Part shown: piece by piece, positions 28,742 through 37,327 of the stretch | Numbering within the stretch: the first letter of the stretch is position 1 | Layout of the letters: each line of letters begins with the position of its first letter | NCBI GenBank assembly: GCA_045614625.1 | Contig: JAZLDE010000147.1 | Span: forward strand, 1-58,296 | DNA length: 58,296 bases | Source: Eubacteriales bacterium | GTDB lineage: Bacteria > Bacillota > Clostridia > Oscillospirales > CAG-272 | Direction of reading: 5' to 3' | Notes under the pieces: model-generated | Told to the model about the DNA's origin: nothing | The model's database searches: none | Seen by the model: only the letters and a program-made list of their open reading frames with translations | Made by a program: the position numbers and the translations under genes

Positions 28742-30022
28742 ATGAGCGAAGGCACGACGTATGAAGTGCAGTCTCAGGAGTTGGAAGCAACTTCTGAAAA
28801 TCCCATCGTAACTCAAGAGCCGGATGGCATCATAGCTGAGTCCTCGATGGAAAACCAAGACGGAGCGGAATTGGAAAAATCAGATTCCGGATCGTCCAAG
28901 AAAATTGCGTGGAAAAGCGTATGGACGAAGATCTTGGCATTTATCCAAACCAACATATTCACTTCCATGACCTGCAAGATCTCATTGCTTGTGTTGGAGG
29001 CTCTTATGTTACTGCTTTGCGGCATCCAGCTTGTAAAGTGGTGCTTGTCAATCAAAGATACGTACATGAATTATTGGGACGCAATTCGAACGTTTGATAT
29101 TGTCAATATCGTCACGATGGTTCTAATGTTGATTTTTGCAATCACGCTGTTCGCTAAGGTGATTGAAGGTATCGTCGGCATGATTAAGAAGGGACGAGAG
29201 GCCAGCTTTGCATCGGTTGCTACGCTGTTTGCTTTTGCCATCTTCTCCATGTTTATGACTCATCTGTTTGACGGAAAGGAACTTTTGATTTCGTCGTTTG
29301 CTTATGCACCGATGCTCAAAGCGCTTGCATGGATTGTGGGGATATACACCGTGATCAGATTGCTGTTCAAGGACTTTGGTGCACGAGTCTGGTCGGTCTT
29401 CTTCAGCATTGGCGGTATCATTCTCGCCATTGTGATGTTTATGCAGAACGTGGGTGATTTTGCTTTGATCACTTTTGAGACCCTCGGTGAATCGGTTTCG
29501 TTTTCTTTCTCGGAGCTGAATGTAATTGAATTTTTCAAGATCCTTTTCTTTGATGGCAGTTTGACGGATGCCAACGGGGCGGAGCTCTTGCTTATCGCCG
29601 AATTTGCTCTCTCTGATCTCGGTATCGGTGAGATGGGCCTGTTGCTTTGTACGTTGATGCAGATTATTGCAATGGTGGTTGCGGACTTGTTGCCCTATGC
29701 CGCGCTGTCGCTGATGGGATATTTCCTGTACGGCTTGACTTGCAGAAATTACGTTCAGTATTATCAGCTGCGCGCCGCTCAAAAGGTGGCGACCACCATG
29801 CTGGTGATCTCCGTGATGTCGATGGCTTCAACGATCGCCTTGAGCGTATTGGCAAGCAGAGCAGGGGGACTGACGATTACAGTTGATTACGTTAGAGCAA
29901 CCTTGACGATTGTCCTGGACGTCGCTATGATCGTTGTGACCGCATTGCCGTGGAAGTTCTACAATATCACCTACAACCGTCATTTCGCGGAATATAAGAA
30001 GAATGGAGGAGACTACGTATAA
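28742..30022 (+). CDS. Hypothetical polytopic membrane protein (426 aa) with an acidic N-terminal tail
   Basis: An AAAGGAG RBS precedes the ATG. There are about 8-9 hydrophobic helices and no recognisable family. The stop overlaps the next gene's ATG (TAATG). Confidence 0.7.
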   Translation: MSEGTTYEVQSQELEATSENPIVTQEPDGIIAESSMENQDGAELEKSDSGSSKKIAWKSVWTKILAFIQTNIFTSMTCKISLLVLEALMLLLCGIQLVKWCLSIKDTYMNYWDAIRTFDIVNIVTMVLMLIFAITLFAKVIEGIVGMIKKGREASFASVATLFAFAIFSMFMTHLFDGKELLISSFAYAPMLKALAWIVGIYTVIRLLFKDFGARVWSVFFSIGGIILAIVMFMQNVGDFALITFETLGESVSFSFSELNVIEFFKILFFDGSLTDANGAELLLIAEFALSDLGIGEMGLLLCTLMQIIAMVVADLLPYAALSLMGYFLYGLTCRNYVQYYQLRAAQKVATTMLVISVMSMASTIALSVLASRAGGLTITVDYVRATLTIVLDVAMIVVTALPWKFYNITYNRHFAEYKKNGGDYV

Positions 30023-32049
30023 TGGCACTGTTACAATGTGAAATGTGTTGCGGCGAGCTTGAAATATCCCCCGACAAGTCCGTCGGCGTATGTAAATATT
30101 GCGGTTCAACGTTTACGATTCCCAAAGAGATCGAGAAAAAGGGAAATCTGTTCAACCGCGCCAATTACCTCAGACAAAATTGTAATTTCGATAAGGCAAT
30201 CGGCGTATACGAGTCTATTCTGGCGGAAAACTGCGAGGATGCGGACGCGCTGTGGGGCCTGGTGCTCTGCCGCTATGGTATTGAGTTCGTAGAAGATCCC
30301 AAAACGGGCAGCCGTATCCCCACCTGCCACAGAGCCAGCCGTACGTCCATTCTTCTGGACCCCGATTTCAAGGCTGCACTGAATTTTGCGGATGCGGAAA
30401 AGGCAGCGGTATATAAAGAAAACGCAACGCGCATCGACCAGATTCAAAAAGCGATTTTGAGTTTGTCCGACACGCAGGAAAAATACGAGGTCTTCATCTG
30501 CTATAAGGAGACGGACGAGAATGGTGAGCGTACGATCGATAGCGTTTTGGCGCAGGAGCTGTACAATGAGCTGAAAAAAGAAAAGATCCGCACCTTTTTT
30601 GCAAGAAAAACGCTGGAGGGAAAGGTCGGCTCCAGCTACGAGCCTATCATTTATTCTGCCCTGACCAGCGCAAACGTTATGATCGTTCTGGGTACCAAGC
30701 CCGAATACTTTGAGGCAACTTGGGTCAAGAACGAATGGAGCAGATATCTGGATTTCATGCAGGACAGTAGTGATAAGCATCTGATCCCTGCGTACAAGGG
30801 CATGTCGGCTTATCAGCTTCCCGAAGAGTTCGCAGCGATTCAGGCGGTCGATATGTCGCGCATCGGCTTTATGCAGGATTTGTGCGACGGTGTCAAAAAG
30901 CTGCTTCGTAAAAATGAAACCGAGCAGAATAATGGTTCCACCATTTCCAAGGAGAGCTTGTATTCACGCGCAATGGTCTTTTTGGGCAATCGTGAGTTCT
31001 ATAAGGCAGTCGATTACTTTGAAAAGGTACTGGATATTGACCCGCAGTATGCTCGTGCGTATTGGGGACAGCTGTTGGCTTCCTATCAGTGCGTAACCAA
31101 TAATGAGCTGATCAACTGTACCGCGGACGACTGGACTGAGGACGCCAGACTGAACAACGCGCTGCAATTTGCCAACCCCGAGGAAAAAGCCATCTATGAG
31201 GATACGCTGGTGAAGCGTACGGCCAACTTCAAAAAGCTGGCAAACGCAGCGCTTGAGAGTAAAGATTACGCGAAGTGCATTGGCTGGTGTGACAAATTTA
31301 TCAAGCAGAATTCCGGCGACGGAAGCGTTTGGTGGATTCGTCTGCTGGCGGTTCACAATTCTTGCAATTCCAACGAACTGTATCAGCATTGCTTGAAAGA
31401 GGTAGTGTCCATTCTTGATATGCCCGAGTACAAATATGCGCTGGAATATTCCATTCAGGAAGAGAGCGCGATGTACGAAAAGACGGCGCAAAAGATTGAG
31501 CGTGCCGTGCTTGAAAAGCGCAGATCCCTTGTCTACGACGATTGCCACGCGTTTATGTGCGCATCGATCGAATCGATCAAACGCAGAAGACAGGACGGTG
31601 TTTCGGGACAGTGGCGCAACTACGAAGCGGAAGCTGCCGCTTTCGCAACGCTGCGCTCTTATAACGGCAAATTCTGTAGAAACAATATTTTTGCTATGTT
31701 GATCCAGCTGATGCTTTGGGGCATTTGTGCCTTCTTCACGGCCATGATTGCGGCTGATGGCGACGAAACCACGTTCCGTACGGCGTTTTTGACAGTGTTC
31801 GGTTTGGCAGTAGGAATTGCTTGGATCGTTAAGCTTTCCAAGTATTCGCACAAGTCCAAGAGAATTCCTTATTTGATGAAGGAATGTGAAAACATAGGTC
31901 GAAGACTGGAAGGCGACAAGGAAAACGTTGCATACGCCAACGCCCGCGAGGCCAAGGCTGAAAAGCTGCTGGAGGAATTTCTGGCGGATCCCTCGATTTC
32001 CGTGGAGGATATTGAGAAAAAGCGAGCCGAATTTGAAGCAATACTTTGA
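30022..32049 (+). CDS. Zn-ribbon / TPR-like / TIR domain protein with a C-terminal TM hairpin (675 aa)
   Basis: An N-terminal CEMCC...CKYCG ribbon is present. The TIR_2-like block is YEVFICYKETDENG...ANVMIVLGTKPEYFEATWVKNEWSRYL. TPR-like helices flank it. Two TM helices lie at about aa 556-605. Confidence 0.8.
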   Translation: MALLQCEMCCGELEISPDKSVGVCKYCGSTFTIPKEIEKKGNLFNRANYLRQNCNFDKAIGVYESILAENCEDADALWGLVLCRYGIEFVEDPKTGSRIPTCHRASRTSILLDPDFKAALNFADAEKAAVYKENATRIDQIQKAILSLSDTQEKYEVFICYKETDENGERTIDSVLAQELYNELKKEKIRTFFARKTLEGKVGSSYEPIIYSALTSANVMIVLGTKPEYFEATWVKNEWSRYLDFMQDSSDKHLIPAYKGMSAYQLPEEFAAIQAVDMSRIGFMQDLCDGVKKLLRKNETEQNNGSTISKESLYSRAMVFLGNREFYKAVDYFEKVLDIDPQYARAYWGQLLASYQCVTNNELINCTADDWTEDARLNNALQFANPEEKAIYEDTLVKRTANFKKLANAALESKDYAKCIGWCDKFIKQNSGDGSVWWIRLLAVHNSCNSNELYQHCLKEVVSILDMPEYKYALEYSIQEESAMYEKTAQKIERAVLEKRRSLVYDDCHAFMCASIESIKRRRQDGVSGQWRNYEAEAAAFATLRSYNGKFCRNNIFAMLIQLMLWGICAFFTAMIAADGDETTFRTAFLTVFGLAVGIAWIVKLSKYSHKSKRIPYLMKECENIGRRLEGDKENVAYANAREAKAEKLLEEFLADPSISVEDIEKKRAEFEAIL

Positions 32050-32061
32050 TAAACACCAAAA

Positions 32062-32093
32062 GGTCACACGGCGTAAGTCGTGTGACCTTTTTT
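32062..32093 (+). terminator. Rho-independent terminator, copy 2 of the duplicated hairpin
   Basis: GGTCACACG-gcgtaagt-CGTGTGACC followed by TTTTTT. The stem is identical to the one at 28425-28450. Confidence 0.7.
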
Positions 32094-32179
32094 GCTAAAA
32101 ACTGCCGAGGCGCGCTTCGTTTATCCCATGCCAATCAAGGAATAATAATGGTACGATTGATTTGACACAGGAGAAAACG

Positions 32180-34504
32180 ATGAACAAAAACAAAAATGCG
32201 CAAGCGCGACACACGTCGCCCGCGCGCCAAAGAAAAAGCCTTGGCGTTACGCTGCTTAACGCCGCTTTGATGATCCTGGCCATTGGTATGACGCTTGCCG
32301 TGCTGATTGGCATTGCCGTGGCGTGGTACGCGGAGAAGAATATAACGCCGGATTTCGATGAAACACAGCTGAGCGCCGTCACAGGCGCAGGCGCATCCCA
32401 GTTGTATTATTACGACTTCGAGGATCGGTCCTCTCGTGCGGGAACAAGGATAGAATTGCCCGACGGCACGCTGGACGGTGGGGAGCACGTCATTCCCGTG
32501 ACTTATGCCGAGTGTCCGCAAGCGTTGATCGATGCCTTTGTTGCCATCGAGGATCAGCAATTCTGGCAGCATCATGGTGTCAACTGGGGGAGGACGCTCT
32601 CGGCGGGACTTAACTATTGCCTTGGTTACACCCGCCATTTCGGTGCGTCGACCATTACACAGCAGCTCGTCAAAAATCTGTCGGGCAAGAATGACTATTC
32701 CATTCATCGCAAGGTACAGGAAATGTGCTGGGCCAACGATCTGGAGAACCGTAGTACCAAGGAGGAGATCATGGAGCGATATCTGAATATCATCAATCTG
32801 TCCCAAGGATGCTATGGCGTGGGCGCGGCGGCCGAGCGTTTCTTTGGTAAGACGGTAAGCGAGCTGACGCTTGCCGAGTGCGCCGCCATCGCGGGCATTA
32901 CCAACAATCCCTCCTATTACGATCCCGTCCGCTTTCCGGCCCATGCCAAGGCGCGACGTGATCTCATTCTCTCCGAGATGCTGGAGCAGGGGTATATCGA
33001 TGAGGCGGCCTATACCGAGGCGGTCGCGCAGGAGCTGTCCTTGCGCGAGCAGGCGGGGCGGGGCAAAACACCCGTTTATTCGTGGTACGTCGATATGGTC
33101 ATCGAGGACGTCATCCGCGATCTTTGCGCCGAATATGGGTACACGCGCGAGTACGCCAACCGCTTGCTCTGGAACGGGGGCTTGCGCATTGAGTTGGCGA
33201 TGGATGCCTCGGTACAGGAGCAAGTGGAACAGTATTATGCCGACGCTTCGCATTTCCCGATTCATAAAAACGGCGAGCGGGCACAAAGCGGCATGATTGT
33301 CATCGACCCTGCCACGGGAGACATTCTCGGCGTTGCGGGAGCGGTGGGAGAAAAGACAGGTAACCGCCTGCAAAGCCACGCTACGACGGCAGTTCGTCCC
33401 GCGGCCTCGGCCATCAAGCCGTTGTCTGTGTATGCGCCCGCCCTTGAACAGGGTGAGATCACCTGGGCGAGCGTATTTGACGACGTACCCGTGACCTTTG
33501 GCAAGGACAATCGCCACCCTTGGCCGCAAAATGCCAATCGCGTATATCGTGGGTTGACCGACGTGCGCTACGCCGTGTCGCATTCGGTCAACACCGTTGC
33601 TGTGCGTGTGCTTCATAAGCTGGGACTGCGCCGTTCGTTTGATTTTCTGCACGAAACACTGGGCATGACCTCGCTCATTGAAGCGCGGACGCTGGAGGAC
33701 GGTCGGACGATCAGCGATGTTGGCGAGGCGGCGCTGGGACTTGGGCAGATGAACTTTGGCGTGACCTTGCGCGAACTGACAGCGGGCTATAGTGCCCTTG
33801 CCAACGGTGGGGTGTATATGGAGCCGCACTCCTATTACCGCGTGATTGCTCCCGACGGAAAGGTTCTGCTCTCGCATAGCCCATCGGGCCGCTATGCCAT
33901 TAGCGAGCAGAATGCCTGCATTATGACCAAATTGCTCGAAAGCGTGGTCACGCAGGGAACGGCCAAGGGCGCACAGATACTGGGTGGGCGAGTGGCGGTG
34001 GCGGGGAAGACGGGAACGTCCAATGCTGATTGCGATCGCTATTTCATTGGCTATACGCCCAAGTATCTGGCAGGTGTTTGGTACGGCTTTGACTATCCCC
34101 AACCCATGACGGATATGAAAAGCAATCCTGCCGTCAAGATATGGAAGGACGTTATACAGCCCATCGTGGCGAAGGATCTGAAAAGAGGCGGTGCGCCGAC
34201 TAAATTTGACTTGGCACAAGGCGTCATTCGCGTCAGCTACTGCCGTGATTCGGGTTTGCGACCGACCGATGCCTGCCGTGCGGATCTGCGAGGTAATCGC
34301 ACCGCAGAGGGCTATTTCATTCAGGGAACGGAGCCGAGAAGCTATTGCGATTGCCACACCATGCGCGACTATGACAGCGAGCGAGGCGTGCTTGCTGATG
34401 AGATGACTATGCCGGAGGCGCTGCAAAAGGTGGGATATATCCGTGTCAAGCGCACCTTTCCACGTAAGGTATACGTGGCGGACGAACGGTACGTCGTCCA
34501 TTGA
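32180..34504 (+). CDS. Class A penicillin-binding protein (PBP1A family transglycosylase/transpeptidase)
   Basis: GT51 motif EDQQFWQHHG, SxxK (SAIKP), SxN (SHSVN), KTG (KTGTS). The ATG at 32180 follows an AGGAG RBS. Confidence 0.9.
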   Translation: MNKNKNAQARHTSPARQRKSLGVTLLNAALMILAIGMTLAVLIGIAVAWYAEKNITPDFDETQLSAVTGAGASQLYYYDFEDRSSRAGTRIELPDGTLDGGEHVIPVTYAECPQALIDAFVAIEDQQFWQHHGVNWGRTLSAGLNYCLGYTRHFGASTITQQLVKNLSGKNDYSIHRKVQEMCWANDLENRSTKEEIMERYLNIINLSQGCYGVGAAAERFFGKTVSELTLAECAAIAGITNNPSYYDPVRFPAHAKARRDLILSEMLEQGYIDEAAYTEAVAQELSLREQAGRGKTPVYSWYVDMVIEDVIRDLCAEYGYTREYANRLLWNGGLRIELAMDASVQEQVEQYYADASHFPIHKNGERAQSGMIVIDPATGDILGVAGAVGEKTGNRLQSHATTAVRPAASAIKPLSVYAPALEQGEITWASVFDDVPVTFGKDNRHPWPQNANRVYRGLTDVRYAVSHSVNTVAVRVLHKLGLRRSFDFLHETLGMTSLIEARTLEDGRTISDVGEAALGLGQMNFGVTLRELTAGYSALANGGVYMEPHSYYRVIAPDGKVLLSHSPSGRYAISEQNACIMTKLLESVVTQGTAKGAQILGGRVAVAGKTGTSNADCDRYFIGYTPKYLAGVWYGFDYPQPMTDMKSNPAVKIWKDVIQPIVAKDLKRGGAPTKFDLAQGVIRVSYCRDSGLRPTDACRADLRGNRTAEGYFIQGTEPRSYCDCHTMRDYDSERGVLADEMTMPEALQKVGYIRVKRTFPRKVYVADERYVVH

Positions 34505-34557
34505 CATCATAAAAATTCACCCTCTTTCATACGATTGTGTGAAAGGGGGCGATTTTT

Positions 34558-35097
34558 ATGAATATGAAAAAACAATGGGAAGCTTGGTGCCGCCGGATAC
34601 GATGCGCGATGAACGAATGCTCCGCGGTCGCGCTGCTGATCGGCGCGGCGGCGCTCATGCTGTGCGGCGTGATCGTGCGTGGGGTGTGCGGCAGTCCCTA
34701 TCAAAGCGGTATGATGATGTATTTCGGACGCGTCATTCTGCCCGTGTGGCTGATGACACTGCTTTGGATGACCTGGTACGCGCTGCTCGGCGCTGCCTTT
34801 GCCCGCGTGATGTTCGATCGGCGGTGCGACGGATACACCGAGACCGTCAAATATCGGGGCGGCATGGCCTATCTTGCTATGCTGTTTCTCGGCTTTTTGT
34901 GGTATCCCATCTTCTTTTGCGCGGCGCGTCCCTTTCTCGGCGCGCTCATCGTGCTAGGCGTACTGATTTTATGTGTCATCACAGCGCTGTGCTATATCAA
35001 GCTGTTTCGCGGTGTGGCGTTTTTGCTGCTTTGCCACGCGGCCTTTCTTGTCTGGATGCTGATACTTAATCTGGCAATGGTATTTTATGGCGGATAA
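34558..35097 (+). CDS. TspO/MBR-like Trp-rich five-helix membrane protein (tentative)
   Basis: Size, helix layout and W/Y-rich helices (LPVWLMTLLWMTWYALLG, FLWYPIFF) resemble TspO. This is a weak assignment. Confidence 0.4.
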   Translation: MNMKKQWEAWCRRIRCAMNECSAVALLIGAAALMLCGVIVRGVCGSPYQSGMMMYFGRVILPVWLMTLLWMTWYALLGAAFARVMFDRRCDGYTETVKYRGGMAYLAMLFLGFLWYPIFFCAARPFLGALIVLGVLILCVITALCYIKLFRGVAFLLLCHAAFLVWMLILNLAMVFYGG

Positions 35098-35189
35098 TGA
35101 AAAAACGAACTGAAATTGTTCTGTTTAGACAAAAATAGTTATTTTTATGTAAAAAATATGTACAAAGGGACAAAAATGATTTTTACATA

Positions 35190-35218
35190 TTGACAGATTT
35201 AACAACATGTTGTATAAT
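35190..35218 (+). promoter_or_regulatory. Consensus sigma-70 promoter, copy B of the duplicated block (35181-35226), with an embedded 12-bp palindrome
   Basis: TTGACA-17 nt-TATAAT. The palindrome ACAACATGTTGT at 35202-35213 spans the spacer/-10 junction. Confidence 0.6.
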
Positions 35219-35252
35219 ATGGGCGTCACAAGCAAGAAAGAGAGGTGTTGTG

Positions 35253-35507
35253 ATGAACTATCCAAACGAAAAGCGGGATGAATATATTGAAAAGTTGACA
35301 GAAGAGCTTCCTGTTCTTCGCGCAAGACTTCACATCTCGCAAGGGGAGTTAGCACGTGATGTCGGTATTTCCCGTCAGACGTATTCGCTGCTTGAAACGG
35401 GAAAGCAGAAAATGACCTGGATCACGTTCATGGCGATGATCGCTTATTTCAGCAGTCACACGAGAACTCGCAAAGATCTTAAGGCGCTTGGCCTGATCGA
35501 TGACTAA
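35253..35507 (+). CDS. XRE-family helix-turn-helix regulator (84 aa)
   Basis: LHISQGELARDVGISRQTYSLLETGKQ is an HTH_3 signature. The ATG at 35253 lies downstream of promoter B with an AGAGAGG RBS. Confidence 0.75.
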   Translation: MNYPNEKRDEYIEKLTEELPVLRARLHISQGELARDVGISRQTYSLLETGKQKMTWITFMAMIAYFSSHTRTRKDLKALGLIDD

Positions 35508-35541
35508 TTACCGAATTAAAATGTAAAAAAGGAGACCAACC

Positions 35542-37299
35542 ATGGCTAATTTTACAATTGAATGTCCGAAGTGCGGAAGTATTAACGCAGCTTCTACGTC
35601 GCTGTTCGCAAAAAAAATGATCAAGTGTGGTACTTGCCACACGGAAATTGACGTCAAGGCCAATCGCTTGACCTCGAAGATCTGCCCTCATTGCCATAAA
35701 ACGTTTGTGTATGATCGCGCGAAGAAAAGCCATCGCGACTGCCCCTCTTGCGGCAGAAAGATCGATGCGGCACAGATTGCGACCGGTAAATACAAGTACG
35801 TAACGCTCAACTGCCCTCAGTGTGCATGCGCTATTGAAGTGGATGAAACGAAAGACACATACACCTGTCCCGTTTGCGACCATGAGCTGGACGTAAAGAA
35901 GGAAATGAGCAAGCAGGCGCTGGTGAACGATACGGGTATCAGTGTGATCCAATACGAGGGTGATAACTCCACCTTTGTTTGGAAGCATCCGATCGAGGAT
36001 TTTAATCTTGGCTCACAGCTGATTGTTCATGAATCTCAAGAGGCGGTCTTCTTCTTGAACGGACAGGCTCTGGATCTGTTCGGTCCCGGCCGTTATACCT
36101 TGGATACGGAAAATCTTCCGATCCTCAAAAAGGTATATAATCTTCCCGAGGGCTCGCAGACCCCCTTCCATGCAGAGGTCTATTATATCAATAAGACGAC
36201 GCAGATGGGTATGAAGTGGGGAACCGATTCCCGCGTCAGATTTGTCGATCCCAAGACGGGCATTCCGTTAGACATCGGTGCATCGGGCGAGCTGAACATT
36301 TGCGTCGAGGATTCCCGCAAGTTGCTGAACAAGCTGGTTGGCACGACGAGCGGATTGACCAACAAGGATGTGCTTTGCGCTACCTCGGATGCCGATGGTA
36401 ACGTTCACAGAACGCTGCAGAGCTATTTCCGTGCTCCGCTGGTTACAACAGTCAAGTCCTACCTTGCCACCGTTATCCGCGAGCGCCAGTTGAATATCTT
36501 TGAGTTGGATGCTCACTTGAACGATATCTCCCGCGATCTGAGAGACAAGATCTCGCCACAGTTTGAGGAATACGGCTTGTCGATTCCCGAGTTCTACGTC
36601 ATGCGCATCGGCCTGCCCGAAGATGACGAAAACCTCAGAAGCATCAAGAGACTGATCTCCGAGGCATATCTGGGTGTTCGCGAAGAGGAAGTCAAGAGCA
36701 GCATCGCAGAGGCTGCTCGCCAGAGAAAGATCATTGAGGCACAGACCGAAGCTCAACTTGAGGCAATTCGTGCACAGGGTGCGGCAGAAGCACAGCGCGC
36801 CGTTGGCTTGGCAGAGGCTGATGTCATGAGAGCTAAGGGTTATTCTCAGAAGGACGTGCTGGATGCAGAGGTTCAGAAGGCATATGCCGAGGGCATGGGC
36901 AATCTGGGCAGCGTCGGTGGCAACGGCGGCAGCGCCGGTAGCGGATTTGCGACGGATCTGGTTGGCATGATGGCCGGCATGAAGATGGCAGAGACCATGA
37001 TTGGCAAGATGGACGGTGTGATGGCCGGCGGCGCAGCTGTGGCTCCCAAAACCGAGGCTCCTTCTGCGGCAAGCTGGACCTGCTCTTGCGGTGAAACGGG
37101 CAATACTGGAAAATTCTGCATGAACTGCGGCAGTGCAAAACCGGAACTTTGGACTTGCTCTTGCGGTCATGCGGGCAATAAGGGTAAATTCTGTGAGGAA
37201 TGCGGCAGCCCGCGTGTTGCCCCCTCTTGGGATTGTGAGTGCGGTCAAAAGGGAAATACCGGCAAATGCTGCCCTGAATGCGGCGCAAAGCGTCCTTAA
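35542..37299 (+). CDS. SPFH (Band_7_1, YdjI/COG4260-like) protein with three N-terminal and three C-terminal zinc ribbons (585 aa)
   Basis: The SPFH core reads LIVHESQEAVFFLNGQALDLFGPGRYTLDTENLPIL...KWGT...EEYGLSIPEFYVMRIGLPED. A coiled Ala/Gln/Glu segment follows. The 3x CxxC-x(15-17)-CxxC units are N-terminal, and the 3x WxCxCG-x5-GKxCxxCG units are C-terminal. Confidence 0.85.
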   Translation: MANFTIECPKCGSINAASTSLFAKKMIKCGTCHTEIDVKANRLTSKICPHCHKTFVYDRAKKSHRDCPSCGRKIDAAQIATGKYKYVTLNCPQCACAIEVDETKDTYTCPVCDHELDVKKEMSKQALVNDTGISVIQYEGDNSTFVWKHPIEDFNLGSQLIVHESQEAVFFLNGQALDLFGPGRYTLDTENLPILKKVYNLPEGSQTPFHAEVYYINKTTQMGMKWGTDSRVRFVDPKTGIPLDIGASGELNICVEDSRKLLNKLVGTTSGLTNKDVLCATSDADGNVHRTLQSYFRAPLVTTVKSYLATVIRERQLNIFELDAHLNDISRDLRDKISPQFEEYGLSIPEFYVMRIGLPEDDENLRSIKRLISEAYLGVREEEVKSSIAEAARQRKIIEAQTEAQLEAIRAQGAAEAQRAVGLAEADVMRAKGYSQKDVLDAEVQKAYAEGMGNLGSVGGNGGSAGSGFATDLVGMMAGMKMAETMIGKMDGVMAGGAAVAPKTEAPSAASWTCSCGETGNTGKFCMNCGSAKPELWTCSCGHAGNKGKFCEECGSPRVAPSWDCECGQKGNTGKCCPECGAKRP

Positions 37300-37327
37300 A
37301 CATAAGGTGAAATAAGGAGATATTGAT

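Noticed and set aside
30964-32067. 367-aa minus-strand ORF (and 30106-30780, 224 aa) inside the TIR gene
   Set aside because: The plus-strand frame carries the Zn-ribbon, TIR and TM features and is translationally coupled to the upstream gene. The antisense translations show no motifs or start signals.
32135-34510. 791-aa ORF on the minus strand
   Set aside because: It is an antisense shadow of the PBP1A gene, which has all the GT51 and transpeptidase motifs.
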